From an uncultured Spirochaetota bacterium (GTDB taxonomy: Bacteria; Spirochaetota; Spirochaetia; SZUA-6; Fen-1364), in NCBI GenBank assembly GCA_963781885.1, contig CAWAHW010000002.1, positions 96,001 to 160,000 on the forward strand: a stretch of 64,000 bases of DNA. The letters are read 5' to 3'. Positions 52,328-61,294 of the stretch are shown here, piece after piece. Position 1 is the first letter of the stretch; the number at the start of each line of letters is the position of its first letter. Made by a program: the position numbers and the translations under genes. The notes under the pieces were generated by a model. That model searched no databases. It had not been told where the DNA came from and saw only the letters and a list, made by a program, of their open reading frames with translations.

Positions 52328-53379
52328 AACACGGAAACTCGCGCTTCGCATTCATCGGGAAGATCGAGGGGCTGCCGATCGCGGCGGTGCTTGCCATCCT
52401 CTACGTCATCTTCATCTTCACCGCGCCGTCGGTCTTTACCGGATATCGCATCTACATGTCTTTCTTCCAGACCGTGCCGCCGATGCTCGTGCTTGCAATC
52501 GGCCTGACCTTCATCATCACCGCGGGGGAGATCGACCTGAGCTTCCCCGCCGTCGTGGCGCTGTCGGGTTTCGTCTTTACCTGGGTTTTCAAGACCTACC
52601 ACGCCCCATGGATCGGCTTCATCCTCGCACTCGCCTCGGGCGCCCTGGTGGGGTATATCAACGGGATCCTGGTGGCGCGCCTGCGGGTGCCGTCCATCAT
52701 GGCAACCCTGGCGACGCAGTTCTTCTGGTACGGCGTGACGCTCCTGATCGCGGGCGGTCTCCAGATCAATATCGAAGAGATCCAGACCAATCTCATCCAC
52801 ACCGTGTTCGTCGGTCGGATCTTCGGCGTCTTCCCCGCGCAGGCGCTCTGGTCGCTCGGTGTCGTGATAGTGTTCTGGTTCATCCTGAACCGGCACAAGT
52901 TCGGCGAGGCGATCATGTTCATCGGCGACAATGCCGACGTCGCGCGCGTAATGGGCATCAACGTCGAGACGACGCGGATCAAGCTGTTCACCATGCATGG
53001 CGTGCTCGCCGCCTTTGCCGGGCTCCTCCTGACGATAGAGATCAACGTCTTCTTCCCGACGCAGGGACAGGGCATGCTCCTGCCGGTCATGGCGGCTGTC
53101 TTCATCGGCGGCACGTCGATCGCGGGCGGCCAGGGCGCCATCGTGGGCACCTTTTTCGGCTCGTACATCATCGGCTCCCTGGAAGCAGGCGTCGTGGCAA
53201 CAGGCATCGGCGGCTACTGGGTGCAGCTCGTGGAAGGAGTCGTGATGGCAGCCTCCGTGATCCTCAACGTGATCATCGGGGACGAGGGTGCCGCCCTTCT
53301 GGCGCGGACCGCCCGCAAGTGGGCCGTGCCGGAACAGGCGCCGCCCGGCAAGGAGCCCGCGGCTCACGGCGATTCATGA
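52324..53379 (+). CDS. Sugar ABC permease (RbsC family)
   Basis: AGEIDLSF, VPSIMATL, IGDN..AR.MGIN and AAVFIGGTSIAGGQG. Confidence 0.9.
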   Translation: MKHGNSRFAFIGKIEGLPIAAVLAILYVIFIFTAPSVFTGYRIYMSFFQTVPPMLVLAIGLTFIITAGEIDLSFPAVVALSGFVFTWVFKTYHAPWIGFILALASGALVGYINGILVARLRVPSIMATLATQFFWYGVTLLIAGGLQINIEEIQTNLIHTVFVGRIFGVFPAQALWSLGVVIVFWFILNRHKFGEAIMFIGDNADVARVMGINVETTRIKLFTMHGVLAAFAGLLLTIEINVFFPTQGQGMLLPVMAAVFIGGTSIAGGQGAIVGTFFGSYIIGSLEAGVVATGIGGYWVQLVEGVVMAASVILNVIIGDEGAALLARTARKWAVPEQAPPGKEPAAHGDS

Positions 53380-53510
53380 GGAACAGGCGCGCCGTTGTGC
53401 GCGGTCTTTGAATCCTGAGCGAAAGGGGGAGGTGCAAACTGAGGCTTTCTTGTCTGCGGCCGCGCCGTGATGGCGCCGGCTTAAATACCTTTCTCAAGAA
53501 GGGGGAATCT

Positions 53511-54491
53511 GTGCGGAAGATGAAATGGGTCATTCTGGCTTTGGTGATCTTCGGGGCGCTGTTCGCAGCCCAGACCTGGGCGGCGGACAAGCAGCTCGTC
53601 ATCTACATGCAGTGCGGCGGGACGCAGGGCGACGGCGCCACGCTTGCGCGCACCAACGGCGCACGGGCGGCGGCCGCGGCGAACAACGTCAAGCTGATCG
53701 AACAGTACTCCAAGTGGGATCAGCAGACGATGATCGACCAGTTCAAGCAGGCCATGGCGGCCAACCCTGACGGCATCGAGATCATGGGCCACCCGGGCGA
53801 GGCAGCATTTGCGGCGCTCGTCGACCAGGCCGAGGCACAGGGCATCATCGTCACCAGCGGCAACAACCCGCTGCCGAACATCGAGGCGAAGTACCACGAT
53901 AAGGGCTTTGGGTACGCGGGCGCCGATCTCTACCAGGGCGGCTACCTCACGGGCCAGTCGATGGTCAAGGCAGGCAACCTGAAGGCCGGTGACAAGGCTC
54001 TCGTGTACGACATCTGGCACCAGGAAGGCCGCAGCCGCAGCAGCCAGGGCGTCTATGACGCGCTGGCAAAGGCCGGACTCATCGTCGACAAGCTCGACGT
54101 GTCCGCGGCGGTGGACAGCGACACCTCGCTTGCCATCCCCATCCTCACGGCGTATCTCCAGGCGCATCCCGACCTCAAGGCCATCGGCACCCAGCACGGC
54201 AGCGTGACCGCAATCCTGCCGAAGGTGCTCCAGGCGGCAGGGAAGAAGCCCGGCGACATCATCTGCGGCGGTATCGACCTTTCGCCCGCCACGGTAAGCG
54301 CCATCCAGGGCGGCTGGATTACCGCCAGCTTCGACCAGGTGCTGTATCTCCAGGGATACCTCCCGGTCCTCCAGATCGTCCTCACAAAGCGCTACCTGAT
54401 CCCCGGTCTGCACATCGACACCGGCGTCGGCACCGTGACCCCGCTGAACGTGGCCACGATCAAGCCCCTCATCGACCAGGGAATCCGCTAG
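53511..54491 (+). CDS. Sugar ABC substrate-binding protein (periplasmic binding protein type I)
   Basis: Signal peptide ending TWA-A; ANPDGI, QAEAQGIIV, AYLQAHPD, GIDLSP and DQVLYLQGYLPV. Confidence 0.87.
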   Translation: MRKMKWVILALVIFGALFAAQTWAADKQLVIYMQCGGTQGDGATLARTNGARAAAAANNVKLIEQYSKWDQQTMIDQFKQAMAANPDGIEIMGHPGEAAFAALVDQAEAQGIIVTSGNNPLPNIEAKYHDKGFGYAGADLYQGGYLTGQSMVKAGNLKAGDKALVYDIWHQEGRSRSSQGVYDALAKAGLIVDKLDVSAAVDSDTSLAIPILTAYLQAHPDLKAIGTQHGSVTAILPKVLQAAGKKPGDIICGGIDLSPATVSAIQGGWITASFDQVLYLQGYLPVLQIVLTKRYLIPGLHIDTGVGTVTPLNVATIKPLIDQGIR

Positions 54492-54511
54492 ACGGAGCAT
54501 GTTTGTGTGAT

Positions 54512-54544
54512 GTGCCCCCGCGAAAGCGGGGGCACTTTCTTTTT
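54512..54544 (+). terminator. Rho-independent terminator
   Basis: Perfect 10-bp stem GTGCCCCCGC-GAAA-GCGGGGGCAC followed by TTTCTTTTT. Confidence 0.88.
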
Positions 54545-54562
54545 CACGCGATCGATACGCCG

Positions 54563-55372
54563 TCACACGCTGATATTTTTTCTCTGGAACGACCACAGGG
54601 AGCCGCCCACCAGCGCGAGCGTCGCGGCAAGCGGCACGGCGATGTCGACGCCGGACAGCCCATGCTGCATCACGTCGGCGGTGTCGTAGTACGCGTAGAA
54701 GGAGATCGCGCGGAGCGCGTGGACGAACGAGCCGGTGGCCGTCCGCCCGAGCACGTCAATGAACCAGCTCGCGATGAGAAAAACAACCGCGATGGCCGCC
54801 GCATGCGACTTTCGCCGGGCACAGGTCGCGACGAAGACAGTGAAGGCGAGCACGATCAGCGTCCCCGGCAGGATGTACAGGCTCGCATCGATGATGGTTC
54901 GGGTGGCGATATGCACCGCGGGGGTGGCGCGAAGACTGAGGAAGATCGCGCCGGTGCTGATGACAATGACCCCGACGGCCAGAACGCCGGATGCGAGGAA
55001 TTTCTCCAGCACGACGCGCCAGCGGGGCACGGGCATGCTGAGCAGCACGTCCATGATCCCCCGGTCTTCCTCGTTGGCCGTGACATTCAGTCCCATGATG
55101 ATCGCGTAGACGCCGAATATGACGAGGATGATCGCGTAGTACTGGTTGTTGAGGAAGCCCGCCGGGGAGGCCAGGAACGCGAGATCCCCGCCGCCCACCA
55201 TCTGGACGACGAACAGGGGCATTCTGGAAATCGCCTCCGCGGTCGCGCGCATGCCATTGGCATCCGGCACGGCGATGATGTTGAGGAGCGCGATCAACCC
55301 GATGCCGATTCCCCAATAGATCATCGACCGCCACCCGCGCCGCAGCGTCTCGAAGAATATCGCACGAGGCAT
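54563..55372 (-). CDS. ABC-2 type permease
   Basis: ANEEDRGIMDVLLSMPVPRWRVVLEKF and FQRKNI; paralogue of the adjacent permease. Confidence 0.85.
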   Translation of the reverse strand: MPRAIFFETLRRGWRSMIYWGIGIGLIALLNIIAVPDANGMRATAEAISRMPLFVVQMVGGGDLAFLASPAGFLNNQYYAIILVIFGVYAIIMGLNVTANEEDRGIMDVLLSMPVPRWRVVLEKFLASGVLAVGVIVISTGAIFLSLRATPAVHIATRTIIDASLYILPGTLIVLAFTVFVATCARRKSHAAAIAVVFLIASWFIDVLGRTATGSFVHALRAISFYAYYDTADVMQHGLSGVDIAVPLAATLALVGGSLWSFQRKNISV

Positions 55373-55382
55373 GCCGTCCTCC

Positions 55383-56192
55383 TTACAGGCCGATGTTCCG
55401 CCGCTGAAAGAGCCACGTGCCGCCCGCCATCAGCACGACCGTGACGACGCCCAGCACGAGCACATTGCCCCAGTCCAGGCCGTGGCGGATCACGGCCGTG
55501 CTGTCGTAGTAGCTGTAGAACGAGAGAAAGCGCAGCGTGCCGGCGAATGAGGCGCTCGCCTGGCGTCCGATGCTGTCGATGAAGTAGCTGCCAAGGATCA
55601 CCACGATGGCGACTGCCGCCGCAACATTCTTGCGGCGGATCACGGACGTGAGAAGCACCGTCATCGCGATCACGACGAGGGTGCTTGGCAGCATGTTGAG
55701 GGTCGTTTCCAGCAGCCTGACCTGGTCGATGGACAATGCGGGCGATGCCCGCAGACCGATCCACAGTCCGCCGAAGGTCAGGGCGATGATGCCCGCGATG
55801 ATGACGACGAAGGCCAGGAACTTTTCCAGCACCAGGCGCCAGCGGGAAACGGGCAGGCTCAACAGCACGTCCATGATCCTGCTGTCTTCCTCGTTCGCCG
55901 TGATGTTCAAGCCCGCAATCACCCCGTAGGCCGCCAGGATGAGCAGGGCGTAGCTGAAGAAGATCATGTTCAGGAACCCCGTCGGCGTCGCCATCGAGGC
56001 GGCGTCCTCTCCCCCGAACATGGCGAGCATGGCGGGCGGCACGCTTTGAAAGGCGCGCGCCATGTCCTTCAGCATGTCGGCGTTGGGGACGATCAGGGCC
56101 ACCGACAATCCCAGCGCGCCGATCCCCAGCCCCCACCAGAGCATCTGCATCCAGTTGCGCCTCAGGGTCTCCTCGAATACCGCCCCGGTCAT
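55383..56192 (-). CDS. ABC-2 type permease
   Basis: ANEEDSRIMDVLLSLPVSRWRLVLEKF and FQRRNI. Confidence 0.85.
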   Translation of the reverse strand: MTGAVFEETLRRNWMQMLWWGLGIGALGLSVALIVPNADMLKDMARAFQSVPPAMLAMFGGEDAASMATPTGFLNMIFFSYALLILAAYGVIAGLNITANEEDSRIMDVLLSLPVSRWRLVLEKFLAFVVIIAGIIALTFGGLWIGLRASPALSIDQVRLLETTLNMLPSTLVVIAMTVLLTSVIRRKNVAAAVAIVVILGSYFIDSIGRQASASFAGTLRFLSFYSYYDSTAVIRHGLDWGNVLVLGVVTVVLMAGGTWLFQRRNIGL

Positions 56193-57142
56193 ACCGCCAT
56201 CTCCGCGGTCGCGCGATGATTGTTCTGCATGGCGGGCGAATCGCCGTAATAGGTGAGGAATATCTCTTCCAGCGTCGGCTCCTGGATCTGCATGTCGACG
56301 ATATAGGCCGCGTCGACCGCCCGGATCAGAGGGTCGAAATCCCCCGTCAGCTTGAGGCGGAGCCTGTCGCCGCTCGCCGACACGTCCGTCACGCCGCTGA
56401 GGCCCGCCACCGCGCCAAGAGGCGCCGCGGCGCGGAACTGGAACGTCACCCAGCGGAAGTCGGTGTGCATCATGTCGCTCACCGTTTTCACCTCCTTGAG
56501 CTGCCCGCTGCGCAGGATCCCGACACGGTCGCAGATCTCCTGCACCTCGTTGAGGACGTGGGAGGACAGGAAGACCGTGCAGCCGTCTTCCCGCGCTTCC
56601 CGCATGAGCTGGAGGAATATCTGCTGCATGAGCGGATCGAGGCCGTTGGTCGGCTCATCGAGGATGAGCAGCTCCGGCCTGCTCATCAGAGCGAGGATCA
56701 GACCGAGCTTGCGCTTGTTGCCGCTGGAGTAGCTGCGCACCTTCTTGCCCGGGTCGAATTCCAGGCGCTCGGCAAGGTTAGTGACGTATTTCATGTCCGG
56801 GCCGCCGCGCAGGCTGCCGACGTAGTGGATGACCTGGCGGGCCGTCAGGTTTTCCCACAGGCTGAGCTCGCCGGGGAGAAAGCCGATCCGCTTGTGCAGC
56901 GCGACGCTGTGCTGCCGGACGTCCATGCCCAGGATGGAGGCGTGACCCGCCGTGGGACGGATCAGGTCCAGCAGAAGCCTGATCGTGGTGGTTTTCCCCG
57001 CCCCGTTCGGTCCAAGGTACCCGAAGATCTCACCCGGCTGGATACTGAGGGTGAGGGAGTCCAGCGCGGGCTTCGCTTTTTTCCCGCCCCTGTAGACCAT
57101 TGTCAGGTTGTCCGTCTGGATCACTGGCGTCCGTGTCATCAT
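56189..57142 (-). CDS. ABC transporter ATP-binding protein (exporter type)
   Basis: GPNGAGKTT, YSSGNKRK, LDEPTNGLDP, LSSH and PTLEEIFL. Confidence 0.92.
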   Translation of the reverse strand: MMTRTPVIQTDNLTMVYRGGKKAKPALDSLTLSIQPGEIFGYLGPNGAGKTTTIRLLLDLIRPTAGHASILGMDVRQHSVALHKRIGFLPGELSLWENLTARQVIHYVGSLRGGPDMKYVTNLAERLEFDPGKKVRSYSSGNKRKLGLILALMSRPELLILDEPTNGLDPLMQQIFLQLMREAREDGCTVFLSSHVLNEVQEICDRVGILRSGQLKEVKTVSDMMHTDFRWVTFQFRAAAPLGAVAGLSGVTDVSASGDRLRLKLTGDFDPLIRAVDAAYIVDMQIQEPTLEEIFLTYYGDSPAMQNNHRATAEMAV

Positions 57143-57167
57143 CGCTCTCCCCCTTTTCTCCACCTGC

Positions 57168-58280
57168 TCATTGTTTTTGTCCCGATCCCGGTGCGTCGCG
57201 CCCCGGCATCGTGAAATCCTCAAACGGCTTTTTCCCTTTCGCAACGTCGTCTATCACCTTGCCCAGCGAAAGGTCCTGGACCGCCGCGGACGGCAGGAGC
57301 ACGATCGTTCCGTTCTTCCGGATCCCCTCATAGGTGATGCTCATGCCGCGCAGCTGCAGGGCAGTCGGGTTGTCGCGATAACGCTTCGATGCTTCGACGT
57401 AGCTGTCGGCGACCTCCTGCTCCGCTTCCGCAAGGATGAGACGGGATTGCCGTTCGCGCTGGGCTTGTGCCTGCCGGGAGAGGGCATCCTCCAGCTCTTT
57501 CGAGATGACGATGTCGGTGATGCCGATGGAGAGGATCGTGATTCCCCACGGGCTCGTGCGCGCGTCGAGAAACTCCTGGATCTCCTTGCCCAGCCTTTCC
57601 TGCTCGGAGAGGAGGCTCGCCAAGTCGTGTTTGCCGATGGCGTTTCGCAGCGCCGCGTGGGCCGCGAGCGTCACCGATTCCAGATAATCCGCGACCTCCA
57701 GCGTGGCCTTTTCCGCGTCCCACACCATCCAGAAGGCGATGGCATCGACGCTGACCGGAACCGTGTCCTTCGTGAGGGTCGTTTCGTGATGGAACTCCAC
57801 CACCCGGATGCGGGTGTCCATCAACCGGGCGGCCCGGTCGACAAGCGGCGCGATGAGGAAGACGCCCGGTCCCCGCAGGCCGGCAAACCTTCCCAGGCGG
57901 AACATGACGACCTTTTCCCACTGCTGGGCGAGCTGGATCGTCGGCATGAGGATGAACCCTGCTCCCATCACTGCGAGCGGTGCGAGAAACGCGTCGCCCA
58001 ACGCCCAGCGCAGCGCCGCTCCCGCCGCCACGATGAATGCAAGATCGAGAATCCACAGCGGGAAGAAGTACAGAATGAGGACCGCGATGAAGCAGCCGAG
58101 AACAACACATCCCAGCGCTTCGAGCTGAAACGACGCGCCGCCGAGGATCGGGATCAGGGCGCCCGCCCCGACCGCGATCACGAAAAGGAGGAAACCCAGG
58201 CTGGAAAGCCTGAAATCCCTTTCCGTCCCGCGCCTGTCGACCTGACCCCCAGGGGGGAGCTCACGAGTGATGAGCGTCAT
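57168..58280 (-). CDS. SPFH/stomatin (slipin) family membrane protein with extended hydrophobic N-terminus
   Basis: QWEKVVMFRLGRF..GPG, TLTKDTVPVSVDA, RQAQAQRERQSR and PTALQLR. Confidence 0.88.
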   Translation of the reverse strand: MTLITRELPPGGQVDRRGTERDFRLSSLGFLLFVIAVGAGALIPILGGASFQLEALGCVVLGCFIAVLILYFFPLWILDLAFIVAAGAALRWALGDAFLAPLAVMGAGFILMPTIQLAQQWEKVVMFRLGRFAGLRGPGVFLIAPLVDRAARLMDTRIRVVEFHHETTLTKDTVPVSVDAIAFWMVWDAEKATLEVADYLESVTLAAHAALRNAIGKHDLASLLSEQERLGKEIQEFLDARTSPWGITILSIGITDIVISKELEDALSRQAQAQRERQSRLILAEAEQEVADSYVEASKRYRDNPTALQLRGMSITYEGIRKNGTIVLLPSAAVQDLSLGKVIDDVAKGKKPFEDFTMPGRDAPGSGQKQ

Positions 58281-58684
58281 AGGTTTCCTCCTGTCCTTTC
58301 AATTCTTCCAGATGTGAGACGATTTCCCGCATTGTGATTCCGTACGAGGAGATCTTCGGAAATGAACTCCCGCACCAGCTCGGCCAGCACGCGCTCGCGC
58401 TCGATGTCGGGGATGTCCACTTTCCGATTGCCGATGAAGGTTCCCGTTCCCTGTTGCGTCGCGAGGATCTGCCGGATTTCCAGCTCGCTGTATGCCCGGG
58501 CGACCGTGTTGGGGTTGACCTGAAGCTCCACGGCAAGGCTCCGCACCGTCGGAAGCCTGGCGCCTGGTGCAAGCCGCCCGTCAGCGATTGCCATTTCAAT
58601 CTGTAGTATCAACTGCTTGTAAAATGGCATGCCGCTCTTCGGGTCAAGTGTGAACTTCAGCCCTGCTGCCTGTTGCCTTTCCAT
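58277..58684 (-). CDS. GntR family regulator, YtrA subfamily (possible frameshift near 58355)
   Basis: PFYKQL...LPTVRSLAVELQVNPNTVARAYSELE...QGTGTFI. Confidence 0.88.
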   Translation of the reverse strand: MERQQAAGLKFTLDPKSGMPFYKQLILQIEMAIADGRLAPGARLPTVRSLAVELQVNPNTVARAYSELEIRQILATQQGTGTFIGNRKVDIPDIERERVLAELVREFISEDLLVRNHNAGNRLTSGRIERTGGNL

Positions 58685-58704
58685 GTTGTCCTGTGTCTCT
58701 CCAG

Positions 58705-58728
58705 ATTGTATTAGTCTATTAATACAAT
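58705..58728. promoter_or_regulatory. YtrA-type operator palindrome
   Basis: ATTGTATTA-GTCTAT-TAATACAAT, 20 bp upstream of the gntR start. Confidence 0.7.
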
Positions 58729-58789
58729 ACCTATTTAATACAACTACAACAGAAGGTCAACTGTTTTCGCTCATTTTTTCTTTTTCCCC

Positions 58790-58835
58790 TTGACAATATA
58801 CTCAGTACTGACTAAAAATAGTCAGTACTGAGTAT
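58790..58835 (+). promoter_or_regulatory. Sigma70 promoter with perfect 17-bp inverted repeat (probable PadR operator)
   Basis: TTGACA (58790)-N17-TAAAAA. ATACTCAGTACTGACTA-AAAA-TAGTCAGTACTGAGTAT at 58798-58835. Confidence 0.72.
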
Positions 58836-58845
58836 TGGAGGATCG

Positions 58846-59403
58846 ATGAGTGTCCCTCTCTACATTCTCGGGCTTTTGCGGAGATTTGGACCCCAACACG
58901 GCTACCAGATAAAGAAAGTCATCAGCGAGGAGATTGCGGACTTCGCGAGAATCAAGCTGCCAACGATCTACTACCACCTTCAAAGGATGGAGGAGGATGG
59001 CCTGCTGTCCGCCGAGAACGCAAAGGATTCCAACAGGCCCGAGCGTCGCGTCTACACAATCACCCCGAAAGGTCGGGCGGCCTTTGAAAAGGAGCTCGTC
59101 AGTCTACTCGATCTCACGTTCGAGCCTTCATTCGAATGCGATGCTCTCTTCTACTTTGCCGACTGCCTGGACGATGCCGACATCCTCGGCTCGCTCGAAG
59201 CCCATGCGCGTGCGATGGACGCTGCACGGCAGACAATTGAGAGCCACGAGGCCATCGCCACGGAAGGCCTTTCCGCGGAGCAGAAAGCCTGGGCGTCGGT
59301 CATTTTTTGCCATCACAAGCTGCACGACCAGGCCGAGGCATCGTGGGCGCGCGAGGCGCTCGCCATTCTGCGCAACAAGAACTCGGGTAATCAGGAGGCA
59401 TGA
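58846..59403 (+). CDS. PadR family transcriptional regulator
   Basis: ILGLL...HGYQIKK...IYYHLQRMEEDG...RPERRVYTIT.KG. Confidence 0.9.
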   Translation: MSVPLYILGLLRRFGPQHGYQIKKVISEEIADFARIKLPTIYYHLQRMEEDGLLSAENAKDSNRPERRVYTITPKGRAAFEKELVSLLDLTFEPSFECDALFYFADCLDDADILGSLEAHARAMDAARQTIESHEAIATEGLSAEQKAWASVIFCHHKLHDQAEASWAREALAILRNKNSGNQEA

Positions 59404-59404
59404 T

Positions 59405-60063
59405 ATGACGAAGGCAAGAGTGCCGGAGACAAACAGCGGCATCCAGGGAACCGCGACCGTCGAGATCTATGACGCATTCGCGAGGAACATGAGGGATCGG
59501 GGCTACCTGCCCGTGAAAGAGTACGTGTCCCGTGGTCTCGCGGGCGGCGTCGGCCTGGAAATCGGTCCCGGGCCCGGCTACGTCGGTCTGGAATGGCTCC
59601 GCGCCTGTCCGGATGGAAGCCTGACCGGACTGGAGATAAGCGCCGACATGATCCGCGTGGCCGAGCGCAATGCCCGCGAGTATGGTCTCATAGACAGGAC
59701 ACGCTATGTCGAAGGCAACTCCATGAGCATGCCGTTCACGGACGGCAGCTTCGATTGCGTCGTTCTCGAATGGCTCTCTCCACGAGTGGGAAAAGCCGGA
59801 GCTCGTCTTTTCGGAGATCGTCCGCGTGCTGAAACCGGGAGGCATCTTCTGCGTGACCGATCTGCGTCGCGATGCCGGGCTCCCGGCGCGGCTTTTCGGT
59901 CTCATGGGCGCCAGACCGAAGGCAATCCGTCAGTGGATTCCTGAGCTCGCTCAACGCATCGTACACGAAGGCAGAGCTCGAAAAGCTCCTTCACGATGGC
60001 GGCATCGAGGCGGCAGTAGAGAGCAGTTTCATGGATGTGTCAGTGACGGGGAAGAAAGGCTGA
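59405..60063 (+). CDS. Class I SAM-dependent methyltransferase (frameshifts near 59765 and 59930)
   Basis: LEIGPGPG, GLEISADMI and MPFTDGSFD, then RVLKPGGIFCVTDLRRD in the shifted frame. Confidence 0.82.
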
Positions 60064-60240
60064 AGCCCGTCCGGCGTCACGGGTCGGGGTGCCGGGCTTC
60101 GAGGGTCTTCACCAGCGCATCGAGATCGGCGTTCCACCGGGTCTCATCCAGCGCGCCGAGCCCCCGGGAGAGTCGGGCGCTCTTTTTGCACTTGACGACG
60201 GACATCCGGACCGTATTTTCTTGTGAGAAGAGGTGACGAG

Positions 60241-61230
60241 ATGAAACCTGTTGTCTGGGGCGTGCTTTCGATTTCCCACCATTACAAGCTTCGCGTCCAT
60301 ACGAATGTGAGCCGGTCCCCGCTTGTCGACATGCGCGGTCTTGCCTCCCGCTCCCGGGACAAGGCGGCGGAGGCCGCCCGCGATCTGGGCATCGCAAAGT
60401 CGTACGGTTCCTACGAGGAGCTCCTTGCGGACAAGGAGATCGAGGCAGTCTACATCCCGCTTCCCAACCACCTGCACGCGGAATGGGTGAAGAAGGCAGC
60501 GGATGCGGGAAAGCACGTCCTCTGTGAGAAGCCATTCGCCATGGATGCCAAAGAGGCGGAGGGGGCGATCCGCTACGCGGAGCGCAAGGGCGTGCGCGTG
60601 ATGGAGGCCTTCATGTACCGATTCCATCCCCAGTGGAAAAAGGCGCAGGAGCTGCTGAAGGCGGGGGAGATCGGGAAGGTGCAGCTCGTGTCCACGGTCT
60701 TCACGTACAGCAACCTCGACCCCCACAATATCCGCAATATCCTGGCCGTCGGCGGCGGGGCCATTCCCGACATCGGCTGCTACGCGGTGTCCAGCGCCCG
60801 CTTCCTCCTGGGCAGGGAACCAACGCGCGTGATCAGCCTCGTCCAGCGCGACCCCACGATGGGCACGGACATCCTCACCTCCGCCCTGCTTGACTTCGGG
60901 TCTGCCCGGTGCCAGTTCACGATCTCCACCCAGACCCACCCCTGGCAGCGGGTCGACGCACTGGGAACCGGCGGCGCGCTTTCCGTCCTGATCCCTTTCA
61001 ATGCCTACCCCGACGTGCCGATGCAGATGACCGTCACCGCGGGCGTCGGCACCCGGCAGATCTACACCCCGCCCACCGACCAGTACGTGGAGATGTTCGA
61101 GGGCTTCTCCCGCGCCGTGCGCGACGGCACGCCCGTTCCCACGCCGCCCCAGGACGCCATCGATAACATGAAGGTGCTCGACGCGCTGTTCAGGTCGGAG
61201 AAGTCGGGGAGCTGGGAGAAGGTGACGTAA
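60241..61230 (+). CDS. Gfo/Idh/MocA family oxidoreductase
   Basis: VYIPLPNHLH, GKHVLCEKP, MEAFMYRFHPQW and GGGAIPDIGCY. Confidence 0.92.
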   Translation: MKPVVWGVLSISHHYKLRVHTNVSRSPLVDMRGLASRSRDKAAEAARDLGIAKSYGSYEELLADKEIEAVYIPLPNHLHAEWVKKAADAGKHVLCEKPFAMDAKEAEGAIRYAERKGVRVMEAFMYRFHPQWKKAQELLKAGEIGKVQLVSTVFTYSNLDPHNIRNILAVGGGAIPDIGCYAVSSARFLLGREPTRVISLVQRDPTMGTDILTSALLDFGSARCQFTISTQTHPWQRVDALGTGGALSVLIPFNAYPDVPMQMTVTAGVGTRQIYTPPTDQYVEMFEGFSRAVRDGTPVPTPPQDAIDNMKVLDALFRSEKSGSWEKVT

Positions 61231-61294
61231 GCAGGCACGGCACCGGCCTTGTGCGGTCCGGTGGCCGCACCCGCCTGATCGGGATCCGGTCAGG

